Assembly: GCA_964016885.1 (NCBI GenBank) | Contig: OZ024744.1 | Coordinates: forward strand, 110,112,001-110,176,000 | DNA from: Eledone cirrhosa | Taxonomy: Eukaryota | Direction: 5' to 3' | DNA length: 64,000 nt | In this document: positions 41,484 to 54,772 of the stretch, in pieces | Layout of the letters: every line of letters starts with the position of its first letter | How positions within the stretch are numbered: position 1 is the stretch's first letter | Notes under the pieces: generated by a model | What the model was told of the DNA's origin: nothing | What the model saw: only the letters and a program-made list of their open reading frames with translations | The model's database searches: none | Translations under genes and position numbers: made by a program

Positions 41484-41840
41484 ATTAGAAATTAGAAATT
41501 ATAAGCTTTCACCGTATTTTAGACTAAAGAAATTTCTAGCCTGATAGTGGGGTTTATAACCCTCGGAGAAATGGAAAAAGATGAGTGTTGCCGTACATGG
41601 GAGTCGAACCCACATCTTTGGTTATCCAGACCAATGTGCTACCATTACACCAATACACATGGGATGTGTATTGGTGTAATGGTAGCACATTGGTCTGGAT
41701 AACCAAAGATGTGGGTTCGACTCCCATGTACGGCAACACTCATCTTTTTCCATTTCTCCGAGGGTTATAAACCCCACTATCAGGCTAGAAATTTCTTTAG
41801 TCTAAAATACGGTGAAAGCTTATAATTTCTAATTTCTAAT
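41484..41840. repeat. Perfect palindrome, 177-bp arms and GGG loop, containing two divergent tRNA-like units
   Basis: Centre cacat-ggg-atgtg (41656-41668); the mirror coordinates agree out to both ends. Confidence 0.93.
41665..41735 (+). pseudogene. tRNA-like sequence (pseudogene or SINE head); mirror copy at 41589-41659 (-)
   Basis: D arm GTGT/GCAC, anticodon arm TTGGT-CTGGATA-ACCAA, 4-nt variable loop, T arm GTGGG-TTCGACT-CCCAT; only 4 of 7 acceptor pairs; T5 at 41745-41749. Confidence 0.75.
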
Positions 41841-41901
41841 TTTCAAACTCGCGCTCCGTTTCAAAAACATACTTACATGTTTACAATTATAATTTGCTTG
41901 T

Positions 41902-41968
<67 letters not shown>

Positions 41969-42003
41969 TTACATGAAACAAAGTTCTGTTTAAATCATTT
42001 ATC

Positions 42004-42050
42004 TGCTTACAATTGTTTCTTCCAAACCGAGGTTTGATGTCTTCGGAGCA
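42004..42050 (-). ncRNA. Hammerhead variant (CCGAAGA core) near a (TA)n-adjacent element end
   Basis: TGCT CCGAAGA cat CAAACC tc GGTTTG gaa GAAA CAATTG TA AGCA; palindromic stem III. Confidence 0.65.
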
Positions 42051-43539
42051 ATTAATCAGTGATTTTTAACATACTTGACCTCCTTTTCAACACAAGAGAC
42101 ATATAGAAACATATGTATATATTGACCCACAGTGGGTTGACATCCATTATAATAATATAGCATGGTAATTTACATACAAATATTACAGTCATATTAAAGG
42201 ACAAAATTCAAATTAAAATAAAACATTGGTAGTCTACTAAGATAAAGCAAAAGGAAAGTTTGGAGTAGCCAGTGTATGCAACAGTCACACGTGTGGCATG
42301 CACGCGTGTCCTATTTATACAAGATTATAGTGTGGCAGATTGTTACAAGTAAAACAAGCAGTCAAAGCAGGCAATCAAGAGCATCATGTGGGTGAAGTGG
42401 TTAAGCATTATTTACACACACCTGTACGGTATAGAAGCCCGTGTGTGGAGAAACACCAAAAATATCAAAAATATTACAAATGAGAAGCAAAACAGCATCA
42501 CTGTCCTCGTACACACCACCACTCCCACAATCCAGGAAACGCAATTTATAGACTACATGTCCATCACACAATCCACGATGATTCAACATTGAGTGCCTGG
42601 TGAACCATGCTAGAACATCACAGCTTGTCGTTCTTTAATTCGATTCATAGATCAGGTTGTTTTTGTTGTGAGAGATGACATCGTATTATATTCCGGAAGT
42701 GTGTGTGTGATTAAGGGGAGTTAATGCGTAAGGGGAGGTAACTAGCTGATTTCTATAGTTAAATTTATTATCCTAAAGTACATTAATGGTGTCTCAAATG
42801 AGTTCCCATCATATAAGGTTATAAACAATTTCTAAATTTAAGTATCTTATCTATAAATTACAGTGTAGTCTATCGAGAAGTACTAAAGGTGTTCATATTA
42901 GGATGAATACCTTTTATCATAGAGTGCCCCCACCGAACATTCCACATCAAGAGTCAGATCTCCAAATCAATGATCTTTGTAAGTGTAGTCCACCCGCAAG
43001 ACCTGGCAGGGTCTTATTAGAATCACTTCTATATATGACTCCTGGTAAGTTCTGGGTCATTGCATGACTGATTGCACGGCAAAGTTAAATATCACTAGGG
43101 TAGTCCAGAGATCAATTCTCACTTACAAAGACACTGATCTGACCATCAAGTCATACATGTATTTATAACTCATACATCACCTGTACATAATTCATTGCAC
43201 TCAGCATATAGATTATATAGCTCTTTTATGTTAATAAATTAATTACTTAATCTTCCATTTATCCAATGATGGCACTACATACACAGGACAATGTTAGCAT
43301 AACCAATTCCGTGCTTAAAGTTTACATTGGTGTAATGTAGTCTAAGCAATTGAAGGCCAATATACCAAAAGTAGAAGTACATGGGGATATCTCCAAGGTA
43401 AAAGGTACTAGGAGGATGCCAATATTTGCGCGAAAGAGGATTAATGGGTGTGGAGATGAGGTGTAAGGTGTGACCCTGATGATTGCTGCTAGAGGGGGTG
43501 ACGGGTTCAAGTCTGACATTGTTATATATTGGGTTTAAA

Positions 43540-43905
43540 GTTTTGGAAGGAGTGTCGGAAGCGGTGTTGGCAAGACGCGAACACTTCTGATTTTTTTTTA
43601 TTAAGGAGGTTATGGTTTGAGAAGATGATAGTATGGGTCTCTAATAGACAGAGGTTACAAAATTTATTAGGTGGTTTGTACGATGACGCGTATAATCTAT
43701 ATGCTTATAATCTATGTTCTTATAATCTTATGTTTAGTCGTATCTAAGCTATTCCATGATTTGCTCCTGTATAATAGGCAAAATCCTTTAATGTCCATTT
43801 CTATGATGGTCTTATATTTCTCCCTGGCTCCTTTGTATACTCTGATTCTGTCTCTTTGGTTGTAGCCAGAGAACTGCATGCGGTTGATGAAGTGTTGGGT
43901 GTGTT
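43540..43905 (-). mobile_element. Two adjacent PLE fragments
   Basis: 43545-43660: NLCLLETHTIIFSNHNLLNKKKSEVFASCQHR (GIY-YIG C-terminus); 43740-43903 is similar to 28410-28573. Confidence 0.7.
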
Positions 43906-46714
43906 CAGTTGGATCACACAGTTAAGGTAAACAGTGTCATCCCATACCTTGAGGCGAAGAATCTTAACCAATGCTACAACATCCTTAAAGCAACCGCAAA
44001 TATGGTGAAAATATTACTTGGTATAAAAACGAGAGGAAACAACAAACAAAAAAGAACAGGCCCCTTTGTGGAAGAAACGACTGAAAGGTCAAATCAAGGA
44101 AATGAGAAAAGACATTGGAAAGCTTGGGCCTTTACTGAATGGGACTTTACAAAACATAGACACTAAAGATAAATTGAAAATAAAATACAATGCTAAGGGA
44201 AAAGAGCTAAATGTTATCATAGAGGAACTGAAGCATTGTAGCAAAAAGTGCAAAGATTAAGCGTTTAAGAACAGAGTTAGTCATTATAGACAGAACCGCA
44301 TGTTTGACAACAACGAGAACCTGTTATTTGAACAGCTTGGAGGGAAAGAAAGAGGTAACGACGTGATCCCTGAAGCTGAACAGACTAAGGCATTCTGGAG
44401 GGAAAATATGGGAGAAAGATGTAACACAATAGTCAGGCAGTGTGGATTGAGACAGTTAAAAAGGAGATTAGGGAACAAGCACACCAACAACCTGATTTGA
44501 GTATCACAGTTGAAACTCTTAAAAAGCAGTCCAATAAACTAACTAATACGAAATCACCAGGCCCAGATGGTGTGCAGGGTTATTGGATTAAAAATATAAC
44601 ATCCCTCCACCCAAAACTGACAGCCATGTTCAATGACTGCTTGGTGTCGGGTGAAGTACCAGGGTGGTTGACAAAAAGTACCACAGTTCTGGTAATGAAA
44701 GACCGAATCAAGGATAATGATGTTACAAACTATAGGCCTATCACATGTCTGTCTGTAATGTGGAAACTGTTAACTGATGTCTGAGGAAATCTACTATCAC
44801 CTCCACATAAACAACTTGTTACCGGACGAACAGAAAGGATGCCGAAAGAAGTCCCGTGCTATAAAAGACCAGTTACTTATTGATAAGATAGTAATAAGGA
44901 ATTACAAGAGGAGGCATAATGGTTTTGCCATAGGATGGATAGATTACAAGAAGGCATTCGACATGGTACCTCATTCTTGGATAATAAAAAGCCTAGAGAT
45001 CTTCAAGGTGGCAGATAACATCAGACAGCTAGGAAGTACAAATATGAAGTCCTGGAAAACAGAGCTAACATCAGGTGGAGAATTCTTGGGAGGCGTGAAG
45101 ATCAAGAGAGGTATCTTCCAGGGAGATAGTTTGTCTCCTTTGTTATTTGCCCTTACCGTCAGACCCTTGTCCCTCATACTGTGAAAAGTGATACAAGCTG
45201 GGAAGAGGAGAGCTTACCATCAACTACCTCCTCTTTATGGACGTTCTAAAACTTTTTGGGAAAAGTGAGAAGGAGTTGGATGTACTTGTTGACACTGTCC
45301 GTATATTCAGCAATGATATATGTATGGAATTTGGTGTTGATAACTGTGGAGTCCTAGTGATGAAGAGGGGAAAATTGAACAGAAGCAACGGAATCCAGGT
45401 ACCAACAGGTGAGATAATAAAGGATATTGACACTGAAGAGGGATACCAATATTTAGGTGTTCTGGAGGCAGATCACATCAAGAACAAACAAATGAAGGAA
45501 TTGATAAGATACATAAGGAGAGTAAGGAACATACTAAAATCACATCTGAACAGTTGGAATGTCATAAGTGCTGTAAATTCCCGAGCTGTGTCTATTATTA
45601 GGTACAGTGCGGGAATTCTGAAATGGAATGTTGCTGAACAAAAAGTAATGGATAGGAAGACTAGGAAGCTATTGACTATCTACAACATGTTCCACAAGAG
45701 GAGTGATGTCGATAGACTCTACTTAAAGAGATCTGAAGGTGGAAGAGGTATTATCAGCATAGAGGACTGTGTTCAGATGGAGAAAAACAACCTGCACAAA
45801 TATGTGTCTGAGAGTAAGGAGCCAATGCTCAAAGTTGTACTGAAGGAGAAGACAATAGACCAGGGGATGTCCAAGGAACAACAAGGAGGAAGAGCAACCT
45901 TCATGAAAAGTCCCTTCATAGTACCTTCTTTAATAAAACGGAATTCAGAGATCCACAGACATGGAACTTGTTAAAAAGCTTCAGAAGGGATGCTGATGGT
46001 TGCGCAAGAACGAAGTGAGTGAAACACCATATTGACAAGGAGGAGGCTAGCTCACTGTGTAAGATCTGTGTAGAGAGAGAGGAGACTGTGGCTCACATTG
46101 TATCCGAGTGTAAACACCTAGCCCAGGCTCACTAAAAAGGCTGGAGACATGATATGATAGGAAAGGTGATTCACTAGCATTTATGCAAACTAAATAATTT
46201 TCCACATTCTGAGAAGTGGTATGAGCATAAGCCAGAGTCAGTGATAGAAAACGTGTGATAAAAACATGTGAAGGTGCTATGAGATTTCAGGAATCAGACA
46301 GACAAGAAATTAAAACACAATAGGCCTGACCTTGTGATGTGAAAGATCGTGCCTGATTGTAGATGTAGGCTGCCCATTTGACACGAGAGTGCAAGACAAG
46401 GAGAGGAAGAAAATTAACCGTTGCCAGGAATTAAAAAGGATTTGGAACTGTCATGAGATGAAGGTCGTCCCGATTGCCATAGGAACACTAGGTATCATCT
46501 TAAAGAGTTTCCAAGGATGGTTAAAGAAGATTAGTCCAGCCCCGCTTTTTGGAACACTTCAAAAGGTATGTTTGCTGGGAACAGCAAGAACCCTCCGATA
46601 CGTCCTGAATGTCTGAGGTTGCAGGTAGTGGCTTGATATTCATTTCAACAAACTTTCCAGTTAAATAATATCAATGACTGAGACTCAAACAATAATAATA
46701 ACAATAATAATAAT
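43906..46714 (+). mobile_element. Decayed R4/Dong-like non-LTR retrotransposon (RT, CCHC, restriction-like endonuclease) with an (AAT)n tail
   Basis: KSPGPDGVQGYWIK, NYRPITCL, WIDYKKAFDMVPH, GIFQGDSLSPLLF, LLFMDVLKL, RLYLKRSEGGRG, CKIC..ETVAHIVSEC, RHD, NRPD, LQKVCLLGTARTLR; many stops and frameshifts. Confidence 0.9.
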
Positions 46715-46887
46715 GATTTCTAGTATAGGCACAAGGCCAGTAATTTGGGGGGAGGGGAAGTCGATTAAATCGAACCTACTACGTTACTGGTTCATTGTAT
46801 TATCGACCCCGTAAGAATGAAGGCAAAGTTAACCTCGGCGGGATTTGAACTCAGAACAAAGCATGGCGTCTGACCGATACTGCCAAA

Positions 46888-49800
46888 ATAATAATAATAA
46901 TGGTTTCTTTATTGGCCACAAGGGCTGACATCAAGAAAAACATTACAGACGGCACAGAACGGTACAGGATGATACAAAGTGGGGTTTGGCCGTGTAAAAA
47001 GGTTATAACAAGATAGTAATGTGTAAAAACAAATTAAAAAATTTCAAACAACAAAAATTCCCCAATAGGGGGGAACCTCCGAGGGTCACTCGTGGCGAAA
47101 ACCACACAAAAGACCACGGCAACCCTGACCACCAAGGCAAAGCGCCCTCTCTCAGTTCTCCCACTACTCAGTCTACAGGCGCATACTCAGAGCGGGCCCG
47201 TTCACTCGGACCAGACTTGCCACATTCACCCACCTTTCAACAAACTTACTAGAAGACAGCACTTGCCTCTCCACCCTGATTATGCTCTTCAAGTGAAAAT
47301 TTGAAAAAGTTAATCAGGGATTCGCTGGAGTTGGAAAGTGTCCATCTTCAATCCTTTCAGCCTTGTCCACCACACAATCTCTTTCGCCATGGTCACCAGG
47401 CAGATGAAAACTGCCTGCCCTTCCTCCTTCTTAAAGGAGGACGGCGGGGCTATCTGCACAATGGACTTACTTGATAACTGGATCCGTCCTACACGTGACA
47501 GCAGCTTCTCGACATAGCTCCTCAAGTCAGCAATGCTAGGGCACTGAACGAGTGCGTGCACGACGGTTTCGTCGCCCTGTGCTTTTCTCGGACACGTTTG
47601 GCTGACGGCACTTCCGTGCACGTAGAGTTTATCTCGAACCGGCAACGCCCTCCGGTAGCACTGACAGGCCAGGGATTTCTAGAATTTGTCCATAGGCCCC
47701 GGGCTGAAAGTTCTCTTCAAGAGATCGCCTAGCTGATCGTCTTTGACGCCCAGGGTCTCCTCGAGAACGCCGTCGCTCTTCCCCTCCACAATTCCTCTAT
47801 AGAACGCCGAGGTGGGTGCTCCACCGATACTAGTGCCCAGCTGCTGTGGGGCGGTGAGTGCTTGGAGACATTCCAGCTTCCAAGCGCTATCCCACGGTCT
47901 TTTCCTCATCCAGGACTGCAGCTCGTATTCCTTAAGAGCGGTGCCGAGCATCTGGACATGCCCGGTGCTTGACACCACCACAGTGACGTCGTCGCCGTAA
48001 CCCGATACGGATTTCCCACATCCTAGTTTGCGTGGAACGCTCCTCATCACCGCCAATTCGTGCAGTAACGGCTCTAGGGCCAATACGTACAAGAGCAACG
48101 AGAGAGGACAACCCTGGCGGACCGAGCGCATGATGCTGAACAACTGCGACAGGTGACCGTTCACTCTCACAACCGAGCAGATGTCGCTGTGAATCGTAAC
48201 GATCCAGTCCCTAAAAACGGACCCGAACCCGGCCGCCTCGAGGACCGCAGCCAGGTACCAATGGTCGACCCTATCAAATGCCTTAGACAGATCCAATTGA
48301 TCAGGGACCCACCCGTGCCAGGTTCTTTAACCCCCCTCTCTATGATCTATCGTATGAGGTGGAGGTTGTCGTGGAGGGATTTGTCCGGAATGGCGCCTGT
48401 TTGCACCTCACCCACCAGATCACCGACGGCAAGCGCCAATCTCGTTGCTAACACTTTGGCCAAAATCTTGAACTCTACGTTTAGCAAAGTTATGGGCCTG
48501 AAGTTGTCTATGACGTCCCCATTGTTCGGGTCTTTTCTTAGCAGCACGACCGCTCCCTGGCATACACAACTAGGAATGTTCCCGTTCTGCTCCAGTTGCA
48601 GTAGACATCTGCCAAGAGGTCACCGAACAAGTCTGGCATATACGCATAAACGCTCGTAGAGCAGACCATCCAAACCTGGCGTTTTACCCCTCGTGCAGTC
48701 AGACATCGCTTCCCGCATTTCACCTGTTGTTGTTAGCTTTTCGCAATACTGCACTACGGTCGTCGAGAGTTGCGGGAGTCCCTCAAGGTATGCACTGAAG
48801 TTCATACTCCGATCTGGCCCGCCGCCGCTCCCAAAAATTTGAGCAAAGTGCTGCTGAAAAGCCTCACACATCTGCTCGGGTTCGAGTAACGTGCGGTCGT
48901 TTTGGTCAGGAAAAGACCGAATTGTGGCTTTGGTGCCATATCGCGTTTCCACCACCCGGGCCCATTGAACGGCTTTCTTCCCTTCGTGTCTTAGAGCCCA
49001 CGCTCTAGCTCTGACAACGCAGCCTTCATGCTTTGCGTTGAAGAATTGGTCGAGTGCCAATCTCGCCGCAAGCACGTCGGTTGCGATGCCTGTCCTAAAC
49101 GCCTCTTCTAGCTTTCTAACTAGCTCACCCTCACTCTATTTTCCTCTACTACTACTCCTTTGCTAAACCTTATCGATTCTACTTTAATTGCCCTTTTCAG
49201 GGCGAACCACCACCTGTTATTGACGATCGCACCCGTCAACGCAAGCTTAACTAATACGCTAATCCGGTCTCTGTAAGCTTTGCGCGCCGGGAAAGACGCG
49301 TTCAGCTTCCAGTAACCAGGCCCTTGTCTATGAAGTCTGTCTATGTCGATCTCACAGATCACAAATTTGTGGTCCGTGTAGTCGGCTACTTTAAATTGGG
49401 GACAACCTACACTAGCCTTATCTGTTTCCCTACAGAATACCCTATCTAAATACGATCTGGATGACCCGATGCGGTTTGCCCATGTCCACATTGGCACATT
49501 CGGATAATCCAGTCTATACCTGTCAGACAGTTCAAAACGTCTGAGCAGGTTGTTGACGCTTTTACACCCTCCTGTGCTGTTGGGGCGTAGACGGCTACTA
49601 ACCTGAAACCATTGCCTTCGGTGTCGGTGACGTCCAGCACCACCGACTTACCTTCTGGGTCCAGGAAGATCCAATGGCGAGATCCAAGCCTCTCCGAAAA
49701 AGCACAGTTACTCCTCCCTCCGATCCCGGACGACATCGTAGCCGCTGAAGATCGGTGCGAAGGCTCGTGCTTCGGAGATTTTGGTCTCACTGATGGCCAC

Positions 49801-51710
49801 CACATCTATGTTTAATGACCTGAGGTCGTTCAGCGGGTGACCCTGCTTCCAAGGTGACCCCAGGCCACGTACGGCCATGCTGGATGAGGAAACGGGGTAA
49901 GTGAGAAAGGGTCACTTACCTTGATCGTGTGGGGAAGGGACAGTAGAACCGTCCCGTTGGCTGGTCAAGAGTGACTCCAAGATGATATCTGTATATATTC
50001 TTTTGGAGAGTGACCCCCTGAAATCCCCAACTGCGTTAGGGAATTTTCGCTTTAATTGTTTATAGTCTTCCCGGTTAATTTCGACAATTGTAATGTTTTG
50101 GGGTAATGTTCTTGGTATTGATGGGGTGTGGTGTTAGCTTGTGGTGGTGATGGTGGTGGTGGTGCTGCAAGTCTCTTGGGAGTCTTTATTCTTCTTTCTT
50201 TGCCTTCGCTTTTTGAGGGAGAAGCTGCGGTGTTTTTGCGTTTGTTTTTTCTTTTTTTTGTTTGTTGTCAACCGTTTCCCACTTCTCAGCCGCCTCATAC
50301 CCCATGTCTGACTGTGAGGGGTCGGGGAGGGGTATGAGTTCTACCCTCTCGTTTGTCTTTGTTGTTGTTTGTGGTGGAGCCTGGTCTACCGTTCTTGGCA
50401 CATATGCAGCTAGTGCAACTGTTTCTGTTGCTGCAGCTGCCGCCTCTGTTTTTATTGTCCGTGGCTTTGGTGTGGGTGCCAGGGACGTTGTCCTCCTACT
50501 CACTGTAGAATCTTTCGACTTTTTCGCTGACTGCTCTGTTTCTGATGGCAGCGGTTCCGGCGTTGGAAGGAGGGGGCTCTTCGCCTTTGCTATTTTCTGG
50601 GGGCAGAAAGCCCTGAGCTGAGACTTCGATCCACAGTTGAAGCACTTTGGGCGCCTTCCTTCAACAGATATGGGAAGTTGGGAGCCATTCCCTAGGTCTA
50701 TTACGTCGGGAATAGCGCTGATGCAGTCCTGGTTGGTTTCGATGAGCATCTCCATTCCAATACCGGACCAGTCCTCTCTCTCCAACTTCTGTACCTGCAG
50801 AATGGTTATTCTATCCTCGATGCCCGTAAGCACAGACACGGCCAAGGCATGGGTACGTAGGGTGAAACCTGGGTTACCCTGACCTTTGCAATTTTTTCCC
50901 AGCAGTAAAACGGGAGTAACGTTATGTCATCACTCCGTAGGGTCCTCATTGAGTGCGATTTTGCTTCCTGGGTGGTAGCAAAAAGGACGTCCACAGTAGC
51001 ATATTTCTTGCCACAGGTGATGTGGGTTTTCCGTGCTCACACAGTTCCCAAGGCCTTCTTCTTTTGGGCCTCCATAGCTCTCTCCACACGACGCGATTTC
51101 GTGGCAATCGTGCGGTATGACACTGTGCCTCGCTCTTGTTCCTCCAGGAAGTCGGTTGGTGGTTTCAAGGACACTGAAAATTCAGTTCTGGTTACCATGT
51201 GTCTTGCGACCGCCATTTCCTCCTCTGTGACCAGGACTGTTTCTACGTTCTAAAGCACCTTTGCCAAAGAGGTAGTCCCTTTTTCAGTGGCATCATTGTG
51301 CCGCCGCTACTGCTGCTACTGGTCTTGTTGTTGGTGCTGTTGCTGTTGCTACTGCTACAAACGGTGTTGTTGGTGCTGTTGCTGTTGGTTGTGTTTTTGG
51401 TACCGCCGCTGTTGTTGTTTTCGGTGCAATTTGTATTGTTGCTGTTGGTGTTGTCGTTATTTGTTTCCATGTTAGCGGTGTTAATATCGTTGTTGCATTT
51501 ATTGTCATTTTTCCTGTTGTCTATATTCTGGTTGTCGCTGTTACTGTTGTGCTTGGTGTGGTCATTTTTTCCAAGTTAGTGTTCTCAGTGCTGTTTTCAT
51601 TGTTGTCTTTGTTCACGTTGTTTGTGCTGGTGTTTGTTGTATCAATTTTTGTATTCGCCGTAACCCTCCTCTCAACTTTTACGTCGTTGTCACACGAGTG
51701 CAGACATATC
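46888..51710 (-). mobile_element. Decayed, near full-length Tx1/L1-clade LINE (ORF1 with Zn knuckle; ORF2 APE-RT) with an (ATT)n tail
   Basis: ORF1 CFNCGSKSQLRAFC; APE VAVYAP, SYLDRVF, TDHK, GPGYWKLN; RT PGLDGL, FRPITLLNVEFKILAK, DLSKAFDRVDH, RQGCPLS, YGDD; C-terminal CPR..ETVVHALVQC; AATAAA then (ATT)n at 46888-46914. The 5' end is approximate. Confidence 0.9.
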
Positions 51711-51848
51711 GCTGGAGAAGGTGGAGGGGGCGTGGCTCAGCGATGTTATTTAAAAAAATAATTTTTCAATGTAAAAAGTTCAAATATTTGGGCCAAAAGG
51801 TCCAAATATTATATTTTCCACTTCGCAGGGGAGAAGTACAAGGGCTTA

Positions 51849-52045
51849 TACTGTAGTACTGCACAGTGACAGTACTGTAGTGTGACAGTACTGTAATGTG
51901 ACATAGCACTGTAGTGTGACATAGTAATGTTGTGTGACAGTACTGTAGGTGAGACAGTACTGTAGCGTGACAGTACTGTAGTGTGACAGTACTGTAGTGT
52001 GACAGTACTGTAGTGTGACATAGTACTGTACTAGTGACATAGTAG
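51849..52045. repeat. ~16-bp minisatellite (GTGACAGTACTGTAGT), about 11 copies
   Basis: Directly visible; internal palindrome ACAGTACTGT. Confidence 0.88.
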
Positions 52046-52239
52046 TATAACAAAATACTAGTGTGTATGAATATAACAAAGACGATTGGTTTGTGTGTAT
52101 AATATTTAATAAACAATTTGTGGATATATAGAACAGTATATTTGACATGTCAATGAATAGATGAAAGAATGAAACAAAGTTATTAGTTACCGTTTTGGTT
52201 GCCTGGCAGAAGACGCCTGGCTAAGGCCAGGCGCCAGAA

Positions 52240-52322
52240 AGGCAAATGAGAGATAGGGAGCTTAACGTTGTTATTTTTATAGGGTTCTGACCGGAAGTTA
52301 CAGAAAGGGTTCTACTTCCTGT
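52240..52322 (-). promoter_or_regulatory. Candidate Pol II core promoter (two ETS-like motifs, TATA box, Inr-like)
   Basis: Minus: CAGGAAGT, ACTTCCGG, TATAAAAA (about 52280-52273), TCATTT about 33 nt after the TATA start. Motif evidence only. Confidence 0.35.
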
Positions 52323-52949
52323 CTAGAGAGCGTTAATCTATTGGGGATGTGAGTGTCACAACAAGGGAGGCAACTCCTGCTATATTACTTCTCGCCAGAT
52401 TTTTAAAATATAAAAATCGAATGAAATATGTATGTAGCAAGTTGGCGAAAATGTTGTAACAGGCATGAAAATTACGAAAAAAAAATGTTTGCAAATATCA
52501 ATGATGGATATCAAGGTAGCCAACCGCTCTTGGCCAGAGAACGACTGGACATCTATCTATCCATCACCCAAAGATACAATGTAATAAAGTAAGAGAAGAG
52601 CTCAAAGTTCAAATGTACAAAATATAGTTCACAGCTGTGCAATCACATGACAGCAGGAAAGAAAGTGTGTTCCAGAGAATGAATGCAGGTGGTTTCTGTT
52701 CTGTGGCATATCGTGAAATTTCCAACCTCCGAATGGATTTCCTCACAGGAAGAGTGCTGCAAAAATAAATCCTCTGGCTTGTTCTGCTGGATTTGTTGTT
52801 GATGAAGCTGTGTTGCTGTTGATGTTGTTGTCTCGCGGAGTGAGCGTATCCAATGTTTAAATTCACAGTAAGAAAAAAAAATTTTTCAGAAAAAATGAGT
52901 TGCGCAAAGTGCTAGAAATAACAGCCGAAGTTGATGGTTGATGTTGTGA

Positions 52950-54660
52950 ATTCGTTGACCTGGAAGGGTCCATAGGCCAGCGACCAAAGAATAAAAAACA
53001 CCAGCTACAAGCAAGCCAGTGGCAATCGGATGAGATCCCAACTCCACAGAACCCTGGCAATCCTAACAATGGAAAGCCTGGAAAGAAGAGCACTACACTC
53101 TGGACGACACATCACATTATACCAGAGATAAGTAGATGACACACAAGTCCTAACCCAGTGACGAGACGGAGGAAATGTATTTAATGAACTATACACCACC
53201 ACCAAGTTCAACATTAAACACCCAACAGTCGATAATTCCCTAAGTATGCTCGATTTTATCCATTCCTTAGATTCATGAAAATCCAACATTAGCTTCTATG
53301 ATAAAGACCCAGCATATCCACAAATCACTAGGGGTCTAGGAAGAAACTTATACGTCACACAAACAGATGCGATGAGGCCACCCAAACGACAACTTTCGGA
53401 AAATGTTTTCAAAGACAAGCAATGTACAATACTTTATAAGAAATGTTGTCAAAAGTATAAGAGGAGAACACAAATACAATCAGAGACACGACACGACCAC
53501 GACACCAGCCATAACCCTCAGTCTTAATAGCAACCACAACCGATTGCAGACCAAAGCAACAACGAAAAACACAACACCAGCAAGAAGAAAGAAACGAGAG
53601 AATAAAGATAAAAGCTGGGTCTACAGTGATCTTTTCACAATAACGAGAATCGTCTTAGAAACTGGATCAGAAGACCAGGCCTCCCAGTGCGAGTGACAAG
53701 ATGTGGAAGAACGTTAAGGCAACATCTTACTCAGAGCATTGAAGAAGACGCACCAGGAATTGGCAACATCACCAGTACAAGACCAGTATGCCTGAGAGAC
53801 CATGTAGTGTCTCAGCTAAATTGTGCATTCAGAGCCGACTACATCGGTTCCACAAAACACCAACTTCATAACCGAATATTCCAACATTTTGCACTTCCAA
53901 ACGCAGTATTTTAACACAAAGAAATATGTGCAAGAAGTGTAGCGAGAGAAATGTTTTCCTACTGTGTTTTTTTTTCCATACGGCTACGGCCAGCAAGTGA
54001 TCTCCGACTTCGCAGAGAAGGCAATAGATAAATTCTCCTGATAGTAGGATTTACGGCACCAGTCTTAGAAAGGAGAACATATTCTAGGGACATCTGTTAT
54101 TTATTAGTTCAATAAGTAGCGGTCATTATAAACAGGCTATCCTGTGGTCCTAACTTACATAGTTCACTGCCAATTCGCTTGTACAACACAACCTCACCAT
54201 ATAAGAGCTTACTACTACCTCTGCTGATACATACTGTCTGATTACAACATGTCAATTTTTAAAAGAAAATCCCATGGTAAATAAAGAGACTCGCACAACA
54301 TAGAAGAAGCCTTATTGAACACTATAATCAGACATTACATTTACGAGTCAAAATAATCATGTTTTTTTCCTATTTGCTGAAGGGAAGTAAAGATATATAT
54401 TAAAATAGAATTGGAGCTAAGAGATACCGTTGACCTAAGAATAGCAGAGGAATATTTTATCAGGAAGCAGGTGCCTACCCTATACCGTGGGAGTGACCTG
54501 GACACAAGAATACATCTATACACGTACTCTGAGAGGTAACGGATTTGCCAAGCTAGCAATTAACATAGTCTGAAGAAGGATAATAAAATCCGAAAGTTAT
54601 CACTATCAAGTGAACAGTAAATAATCACCCAGTAACAAGACTTGTAGACTGTCACCATGT
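52950..54660 (+). mobile_element. Heavily decayed Penelope-like element(s) with a 3' HHR
   Basis: R*VDDT near 53127-53145; HVVSQLNCAFRADYIGSTKHQLHNRIFQH; LRIAEEYFIRKQVPTLY near 54436-54486. Confidence 0.7.
54565..54606 (+). ncRNA. Minimal type-I hammerhead ribozyme
   Basis: ATAGT CTGAAGA aGGAT aataaa ATCC GAAA gtta TC ACTAT. Confidence 0.82.
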
Positions 54661-54772
54661 GGTTAGTAACTATACTAACAATAATACTAACAATAATTCT
54701 AACTCTAACTGCAACCCTAATTATACATGTCACACACTAAAGTTTCTAAATCTTTCTACACCTCCACCTATA

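Noticed and set aside
41538-41575. HHR in the tail of the tRNA-headed element (CTGATAG-TGGGG..CCCTC-GGAGAAA)
   Set aside because: The core deviates and no stem I or III can be formed.
41665-41735. Functional tRNA-Ser(GGA)
   Set aside because: No long variable arm, a pyrimidine at position 37, an incomplete acceptor stem, and G34 Ser tRNAs are atypical in eukaryotes.
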